Positions 57,959 to 64,000 of a stretch of 64,000 nucleotides of DNA are shown in pieces. Location: the IMG/VR virus record IMGVR_UViG_3300037067_008064, positions 128,001 through 192,000 of that record. One strand, written 5' to 3'. The notes beneath the pieces were generated by a model that was not told where the DNA came from, ran no database searches, and was given only the letters and a program-made list of their open reading frames with translations. Source of the DNA: a virus (Duplodnaviria; Heunggongvirae; Uroviricota; Caudoviricetes). The translations under genes and the position numbers were made by a program. Numbering within the stretch: the first letter of the stretch is position 1; the number at the start of each line of letters is the position of its first letter.

Positions 57959-58294
57959 TTATATTTTTGTACCTAATGCTATACCTATAGCTGTTGTTAC
58001 TAATCTAGATGTAAATAGTGTTCCTAATGTTCCTTTTTCATCTATTCCTAATGCTTTACATACAGCTTTACCTATAGCAGGTCCTGCTAAAGCACCAGCT
58101 GCACCACCAATTAAACCACCCCAAAATCCTTCTTCTATAGGTTCACCGTTTTTTATTTTTTCGAGTATTACATTATAAGCTTTTTCACCTTCAATTATTT
58201 GTTCTGGTGTTAAACCTTTAATTTCTTCTGATTCAAATATTTTTGAACTTGTTGATAACTTAATATCATAATATGTTAATAATTCATTATTCAT
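57959..58294 (-). CDS. Glycine-zipper membrane-active protein, possible ejection protein
   Basis: PIEE then GFWGGLIGGAAGALAGPAIGKAVCKALG. Confidence 0.6.
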   Translation of the reverse strand: MNNELLTYYDIKLSTSSKIFESEEIKGLTPEQIIEGEKAYNVILEKIKNGEPIEEGFWGGLIGGAAGALAGPAIGKAVCKALGIDEKGTLGTLFTSRLVTTAIGIALGTKI

Positions 58295-58299
58295 TTAAT

Positions 58300-58551
58300 T
58301 TAATATTTTATTTCTTCTTCAACCATACTTTTATGTACTACTTGTGGAATATGTTTATATTCTTTATACCATTGATTACATATGTAAATATTATTTTCTA
58401 ATTCTATAAAATCATATTCACCAGAAGGAAAGTTAATATTATTTCCAAAAACTAATGGTTTAGTAATAATTTTTCCAATTACAGGTTTATGAAAATATTC
58501 CGATGGTAATATCTCATGATGTTCTATTAAATTTTCACGGACTAAATTCAT
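58300..58551 (-). CDS. Hypothetical protein with MNLVRENLIE leader
   Basis: Shared leader. Confidence 0.6.
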   Translation of the reverse strand: MNLVRENLIEHHEILPSEYFHKPVIGKIITKPLVFGNNINFPSGEYDFIELENNIYICNQWYKEYKHIPQVVHKSMVEEEIKY

Positions 58552-58573
58552 TTGTTTTTATTATATTTATTCA

Positions 58574-58966
58574 TTATTTTTTAATTAAGTTTTTTATTAA
58601 AGAATAAGAATCATCATATTCCATAAAAACTTTAAATCCACTATCAAAATATAAATTTACCGCTTTAAAATTATCTTTATAGACTATTAAAGTTATTATA
58701 TTAATTTCTAATGTATTTTTAACATAATCAAATATTTGTTCTAGTAAACGTTTTGCAAATCCTTTTCTACGAAATTCTTTAAATGTTGTTAAATCGTGAA
58801 TGGTTACATATTTTTCATCAAACCATTCATCTGGTTGTTCTATATTAAAACCTGATTCACTTACTAAATTATCTTTTTCAAATAATTGAAATTTAATTAC
58901 TAATTGTTCATCATTAGTTTTATCACTTTCAAATAAATTTTCACGAACTAATTTTATATTATTCAT
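58574..58966 (-). CDS. GNAT acetyltransferase with KLVRENLFE leader
   Basis: EFRRKGFAKRLL...DNFKAVNLYFDSGF. Confidence 0.85.
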   Translation of the reverse strand: MNNIKLVRENLFESDKTNDEQLVIKFQLFEKDNLVSESGFNIEQPDEWFDEKYVTIHDLTTFKEFRRKGFAKRLLEQIFDYVKNTLEINIITLIVYKDNFKAVNLYFDSGFKVFMEYDDSYSLIKNLIKK

Positions 58967-59516
58967 TTGGTAAAAATTTATTTTTAATATTAAATCTATT
59001 ATATCTTAAATCTAAATTAAACGCTCCAAAATCTGCTAAAGTAGTAGTATAGTTAACAGTAAACTGGGTTAAACCAGTTGGAACTATTTGTTCAAGTTCA
59101 AATGTTATTAATTCAAATCCATGATGATCTAAAAAACTTAAATATAGTGGTGGCCAAAAGGGTAATCTACTACTATATTCTCTAAATAATTCTATTTGAT
59201 TAAATAAAATCCAATAAGAAAGAAAAGCTTCTGATAATTTAAAAGTAACTGTTATTTGTTTATCAAATATTGGTTCTAATTCTTTACCACCTCTATAGTG
59301 TATATTAAATTGTCCTTGTTGTTGAGTTACAGTATTTAATTCTACATTTGGAAATGTAATACCTTGTATACACGCATTAATAAAATCTTCTAATGTTTCA
59401 TAATTTAATTTTAATCTTTTAATAATGGGATTCCATTTTTCTAAAATTTCAGGATAAAAAAAACCTTTAGGAAAAGTAATAAAAAATTGGTCATGTTTTG
59501 AATTCATTAAACTCAT
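58959..59516 (-). CDS. Tail tube/baseplate-like structural protein
   Basis: IQGITFP...ITVTFKLSEAFLSYWIL...FELEQIVPTGL pattern of the tail-tube fold. Confidence 0.5.
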   Translation of the reverse strand: MSLMNSKHDQFFITFPKGFFYPEILEKWNPIIKRLKLNYETLEDFINACIQGITFPNVELNTVTQQQGQFNIHYRGGKELEPIFDKQITVTFKLSEAFLSYWILFNQIELFREYSSRLPFWPPLYLSFLDHHGFELITFELEQIVPTGLTQFTVNYTTTLADFGAFNLDLRYNRFNIKNKFLPNE

Positions 59517-59531
59517 ATAAAAATATTTATT

Positions 59532-61286
59532 TTATTGGGTATTTAATGTACCTGTAATATTAATTTGAGATGAAAATGGTGTAGGATTAAGAATTGAATT
59601 TAATAAATTTGCATAATCTTTCAATACTTGTTCTGTATTATTGTTACTATAATATAATCCTTCATATAAAGTATATTTAGAACCATCAATATTAAGAACA
59701 ACAATAGAATAATTATTATTTGATTGAGATAATATTCTTGTTGATTGTTCAGTAGAAATAAAGAATTCTATTTGTCCTAAAATTAAAATTGCTTGTGAAC
59801 TTTCATATTGCGGAATTTCTATAAGTGTACCATCATCAAGTACAAATGTTAGTAAATACTGTGAACTTGATAAATCAAGTTCAGATTTTCTTCCTTGATT
59901 ATCAAATTGGTCAAAATCAAATAAATATGAAGCACCGGTATTTTTTAAGAATAAAGGTCCTGTTCCTTGTGGATAAACATTACCATCTGCTTTTAACATA
60001 ACATTAGTCACATCATAAAATTGTCTAATGTATTTATTTTCAGTTGGTGTTGTATTATTAATATCTATAGATGTAGTGCCATTTATTTTATTAAAAACAT
60101 TATATGATAGAACATTATTAATATTTAATTTGGTTAATATTCTTCCGTATTTTTTTGGTGTTTCTGAAGTGAATGATGCTCTTCTTATTATTTGAGTTCC
60201 ATCCATACGATTCATTAATCTAACAACATAATTAATACTGTAGGATGAAATAATATCTGCATTTTTTAATACTGGTCTAAAATAATTTGGGTAATTAAAA
60301 TTATCTTCTTGTGTAAATGAAAATCTTTGAGTTAAGATAGATGAACCACCAGTTGGTCCAGGAACATTTTCATAAACATATAATTCATGTAATAAAACCC
60401 ATTTATTAGAATTTGTTCCATATAAATCAGAAAATTCTTGATAATTATCATTTGGATTATTAGATGTGTATAATTGTATTTTATTACTTTCTATATCAGA
60501 CATGTATTGACCAATAATTTGTTCATCCCATGTTGCGTAGTATTCAATATAATCTCCATAAGTTGATTCAGCAATAAAAGCATTAAAATTATCTGCAACA
60601 CTTGTTACTGGTAATTGAAAAGATGTAACATCAGATAAATTATATACATTATTTACTATATTTAAAATGTTACTATATGTAAAAAATATATCAGATGATT
60701 GTTGTATGCTTAATTTAATCCCTATATCAGATGTTGTGTCACCACCGAGTGATTGAACAGAAGGAACTTTAAATTCTATATATTTATCATAAAATCTATT
60801 CCCTAGAAATAAGACAGTTGGGTTAAAATGAATTACATAAGGACTTATAGTTGTTTGTTTTGCCCATGTAAAATTAGATAAATCAACATAATTAGATGAT
60901 GTATCTAATGCCTGAAGTTGAAATAAAAATCCGGCTGTATCATCAAAATTATATCCTGATATAATATGTAATCTTACTGTATCATGAGGATAATCATTTG
61001 TTGTAATAATTGTAGATGAATCTAAATAATTAGCTAAATATTCTGGATTAAGTGAATTAAAATACCAAGAAGATCTTTTTTCATTAAGAGGTACAGAATT
61101 TAAAGCAAAGTTGTTATTTGTAATTCCTAATCCTAATTCATTATAATATTGTTTATTTCCAACATCAGTTATTCCTAAGCGAGGATTTAATGTTGTTAAA
61201 GAAGTTTGTACATTATCTTTATTGAATTCATATTCACATAAAATATAATCGTTAATATAAACATATTTAGAAATGTTTGAAGGCAT
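59532..61286 (-). CDS. Probable virion structural protein
   Basis: Beta-rich N/T/S composition, late promoter at 61301, structural context. Confidence 0.5.
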   Translation of the reverse strand: MPSNISKYVYINDYILCEYEFNKDNVQTSLTTLNPRLGITDVGNKQYYNELGLGITNNNFALNSVPLNEKRSSWYFNSLNPEYLANYLDSSTIITTNDYPHDTVRLHIISGYNFDDTAGFLFQLQALDTSSNYVDLSNFTWAKQTTISPYVIHFNPTVLFLGNRFYDKYIEFKVPSVQSLGGDTTSDIGIKLSIQQSSDIFFTYSNILNIVNNVYNLSDVTSFQLPVTSVADNFNAFIAESTYGDYIEYYATWDEQIIGQYMSDIESNKIQLYTSNNPNDNYQEFSDLYGTNSNKWVLLHELYVYENVPGPTGGSSILTQRFSFTQEDNFNYPNYFRPVLKNADIISSYSINYVVRLMNRMDGTQIIRRASFTSETPKKYGRILTKLNINNVLSYNVFNKINGTTSIDINNTTPTENKYIRQFYDVTNVMLKADGNVYPQGTGPLFLKNTGASYLFDFDQFDNQGRKSELDLSSSQYLLTFVLDDGTLIEIPQYESSQAILILGQIEFFISTEQSTRILSQSNNNYSIVVLNIDGSKYTLYEGLYYSNNNTEQVLKDYANLLNSILNPTPFSSQINITGTLNTQ

Positions 61287-61297
61287 AATCTTATATT

Positions 61298-61978
61298 TTA
61301 TTTATATATTCTTTTATTTCTTCTTGCTATAGCACCTTCAATTCCATAAATTTCTTCCCATGTTTTTCCTTTTTTTGCTAAACTTAATTTATATTTTGTT
61401 TCTTCAGATTTAGGACCTAAATTTTTTCCTTTCATTGAAATACTTCTTTTTCTTTTACATTCCTCTGTTTGTTTTTTTCCTAAATTAGCAATTCTACATT
61501 TTTTCGCATGTTCTTCTGATTTAGGTTTTCCTTTAGAAGCTAATGACATTTTAATTTTTGTTTCTATTGGAGTTATTTTTCCTTTATTTCCTTCACTTAT
61601 TTTTCTTTTATGTTCTTCTGAAAGTTTTATCCCTAATAATTTTCCTTTATTTTTTTTACTAATTTTTAATTTAGTTTCTTCAGATATACTATTTTGAACG
61701 TTGTGACCTCCCTTAGGACTTATATTATAACCTTTAGGTTTTAATGTGTTAAATTGAATAATATATTTTTCTTGAGCATCAAAGGCTTCTTCTTTGGTAT
61801 TAAAATATTCTAAAATTTCTTTTTTAAAATTTTTATAACCATATTTTTTAACAGCTTTAATTAATAAAAATCCACTTCCTAAATAAGTATCTTTTTGTTT
61901 AATTGCAGAATGATCACCTACATATTGCTTTCCTGTAATTAAATTGGTTGTTTTATAAACATAAAAAAATTTAGACAT
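61298..61978 (-). CDS. GIY-YIG homing endonuclease with NUMOD3
   Basis: YVYKTTNLITGKQYVGDH...YLGSG; SEETK repeats. Confidence 0.92.
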   Translation of the reverse strand: MSKFFYVYKTTNLITGKQYVGDHSAIKQKDTYLGSGFLLIKAVKKYGYKNFKKEILEYFNTKEEAFDAQEKYIIQFNTLKPKGYNISPKGGHNVQNSISEETKLKISKKNKGKLLGIKLSEEHKRKISEGNKGKITPIETKIKMSLASKGKPKSEEHAKKCRIANLGKKQTEECKRKRSISMKGKNLGPKSEETKYKLSLAKKGKTWEEIYGIEGAIARRNKRIYK

Positions 61979-62058
61979 ATGTTTATATTATATATCTAAA
62001 TTCTTATTTTGAAATGTTATTCATAAATAAAATTACTTTTATTTATATATCTCAATCT

Positions 62059-63603
62059 TTAATACTCGTCATTATAATAAATATTTAATATTCTCTTATT
62101 AAAAAATCTTGAAAGTTTTTGAAATAATGTTGGTTTATCAGTATATGAATATGGTTCAATGCCATGATACATATTATCTAAATATTCTGGTAATCTTCTA
62201 CTATCTTCTATATAATCAGAAACAAAATCTTCTCTAAGTTCTTTATGTGTTCCATCATTAAATTCTATAAAAATTGGCCATATATCTTTATTAAAATCTA
62301 TATGAGAAAATTCTGTAAAAATTTCTTCCAAATAATTAAATTCTGGTAATCCTGGTGGATATGATTCATTAACAAATTTTGCTTTCATTTTATCATTATA
62401 TTTATTTTTGTATTCATTAAAACTTATAAAATAAGATTCTTGCGTAACAGGTTCTTCTTTTTTAGCTGGTGTTGGTGTTGGATTTATAAAAGGTTTTTTA
62501 AAATTTAATTTTCCAGTTTGCAATGTTCTTAAAAAACTACCTGGTAAACCCTTTACATTATCTGGTGATTTACCGGCCTTTTCAGCTGTGTCAGATGGTT
62601 GAGGCATATATTTTCTTTCAGGAGCAAATTCAGGTTTAAATTTCTTTAAATATAATCCATTGTTAGCAATTTTATCATAAACCTTTTCATCACTATCAAA
62701 ACCATAAGATTTTTTACAAAGCTCAATTACATTTTCGGGTAAAATTTCTTTAACCGTTTCTATGATTTTTTCCTTTGTCATTGAATCGCTAAAAATATCA
62801 GTTTGGCTGTTTGCTTGTTTAGTGTAAACTCCTTTATATGTTGCCGCAATTGCTAATTGAACAATTTTTAAAAATGTTTTAGGTTCTTTAATACCCGGTA
62901 TTTCTATGTTTATAGCACATATTTTAGCATTAGGATTAAATAAAAATATTTGACTCCATCTATGATGCCCATCTATAATAAATTTTCCATTTGCTGTTAA
63001 AATTCTTCTATTTGGAAATGCTGCTTCATCGGGGTGTTTTATAAAATGTTCAGGATTAGTTGGATTATGTTTAACCATCTGAAAAAATGATTCTCCTATT
63101 CCTATTTGACTTTGTGTTGGAAGAAGTTTATTAACATTATATTCTTCAAATGTAACCTTTACAATTTCATCTGTTGGTATACCATCTTTTTGTCCTAAGT
63201 TTAAAATAGTATTTATTCTTTCATCACTTGCATTATCTTTTAAAACTTTTACAAATTCATCATAAGGCATATTTAACATATCCTTAACTGTTTTCATAGA
63301 AGCATGTTTCTTTTCTTGTTTATAAGATTTTTCTTCGTCTTCCTCTTCAAATATTTGATATTTATTTTGGACTTCTTCTAAAGCTTCTTTATATGTTTTA
63401 TTATTTGGAAATTGATTAGTTAATAATTTAATAGATTCAATTATCATTTTTTTATTTTTTAATGATGATATTCCTCTACCAATTATCGTATAACTAAATC
63501 CATTAATAATTTCATTAACAGATAAATTACAAGAATTAATTTCTAATAATTCTTCTTTAGTTGGCAATCTATAAATAGTTTGTTGAAATATTTTTGGTTT
63601 CAT
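62059..63603 (-). CDS. ParB/Srx-like domain multi-module protein
   Basis: LLPTQSQIG...IIDGHHRW; internal KMKAKFVNE. Confidence 0.7.
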   Translation of the reverse strand: MKPKIFQQTIYRLPTKEELLEINSCNLSVNEIINGFSYTIIGRGISSLKNKKMIIESIKLLTNQFPNNKTYKEALEEVQNKYQIFEEEDEEKSYKQEKKHASMKTVKDMLNMPYDEFVKVLKDNASDERINTILNLGQKDGIPTDEIVKVTFEEYNVNKLLPTQSQIGIGESFFQMVKHNPTNPEHFIKHPDEAAFPNRRILTANGKFIIDGHHRWSQIFLFNPNAKICAINIEIPGIKEPKTFLKIVQLAIAATYKGVYTKQANSQTDIFSDSMTKEKIIETVKEILPENVIELCKKSYGFDSDEKVYDKIANNGLYLKKFKPEFAPERKYMPQPSDTAEKAGKSPDNVKGLPGSFLRTLQTGKLNFKKPFINPTPTPAKKEEPVTQESYFISFNEYKNKYNDKMKAKFVNESYPPGLPEFNYLEEIFTEFSHIDFNKDIWPIFIEFNDGTHKELREDFVSDYIEDSRRLPEYLDNMYHGIEPYSYTDKPTLFQKLSRFFNKRILNIYYNDEY

Positions 63604-63730
63604 TTAATAATTCCTTATTTTTGAAATTGCTTATATAAAGATGTTTTAGGTTCTTTATAAGTTTCATACCAATTCATTAATTCTTTAACACACCATCTGT
63701 ATGCTTTTGGAAATTCTTTTTGTATATTAT

Positions 63731-64000
63731 CTATTGTAATTGAAAATTTGCTACCTCATTAACAATACTTTCAGCATCTTTTTTATTAGTTGGTCTTATT
63801 CCAATTAAATCTTGTTTAATAACTTTTTTACAAAGTTCTAATAAAATTTTATTATAATCTAAAGAAGGGTCTTCATTTTCATTCATTTTTAAATAACTTT
63901 GAAGTCTTTCTTTAAAAGCCATACATGCCATTACATCTTGGGCAAAAGCATTAAGCCAATCTTCAACATCTATTTCACGCCAAAATTCTCCAGTTTCTTT
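63731..64000 (-). CDS. Partial hypothetical protein entering from the right edge, possible -1 extension to 63615
   Basis: Frame open from 64000 (KETGEFWREID...) to a TAG at 63731. Confidence 0.6.
   Translation of the reverse strand, partial: KETGEFWREIDVEDWLNAFAQDVMACMAFKERLQSYLKMNENEDPSLDYNKILLELCKKVIKQDLIGIRPTNKKDAESIVNEVANFQLQ

Noticed and set aside
24612-61978. Group I introns hosting the GIY-YIG genes
   Set aside because: The flanking genes look complete and abut the nucleases, leaving no room for intron cores; the nucleases appear free-standing
1-64000. Alternative genetic code (stop-codon reassignment, as in some jumbo phages)
   Set aside because: Core genes are full length in the standard code, and TAG and TGA act as real stops (e.g. 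14558, 50291, 192)

Overview
A very AT-rich, gene-dense segment of a large T4-like (myovirus, jumbo-type) phage genome. It uses the standard genetic code and is almost entirely coded on the minus strand. A Bacteroidota host is likely, judging from a TAnnTTTG promoter, a Bacteroidota-style lipoprotein and the scarcity of Shine-Dalgarno sequences. The replication, recombination and nucleotide genes are uvsX, a family-B DNA polymerase split into two genes about 23 kb apart, a probable sliding clamp, two topoisomerase II subunits, NAD-dependent ligase, GMP reductase, class II RNR, dUTPase, uvsW, uvsY-like, primase, gp32 SSB and a RuvC-like resolvase. There are also five free-standing homing endonucleases, an amidase endolysin, a GH16 hydrolase and structural genes. 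The most striking unexplained pattern is a large set of late-promoter genes whose products share short leaders or linkers ending in [ILV]-x-E (MKAKFINE, KLVRENL, LVKESL). These are fused to diverse modules (GNAT, ART-like, PD-(D/E)xK nuclease, ParB, Lar, NTase/ligase, glycine zipper), which suggests a protease-processed, capsid-packaged cargo/polyprotein system. Several non-coding elements are also visible: a candidate stand-alone ncRNA, a three-way-junction leader, an endolysin start-codon hairpin, a symmetric promoter/antisense cassette before a GIY-YIG gene, and three promoter classes. All calls come from reading motifs by eye; no database searches were run.
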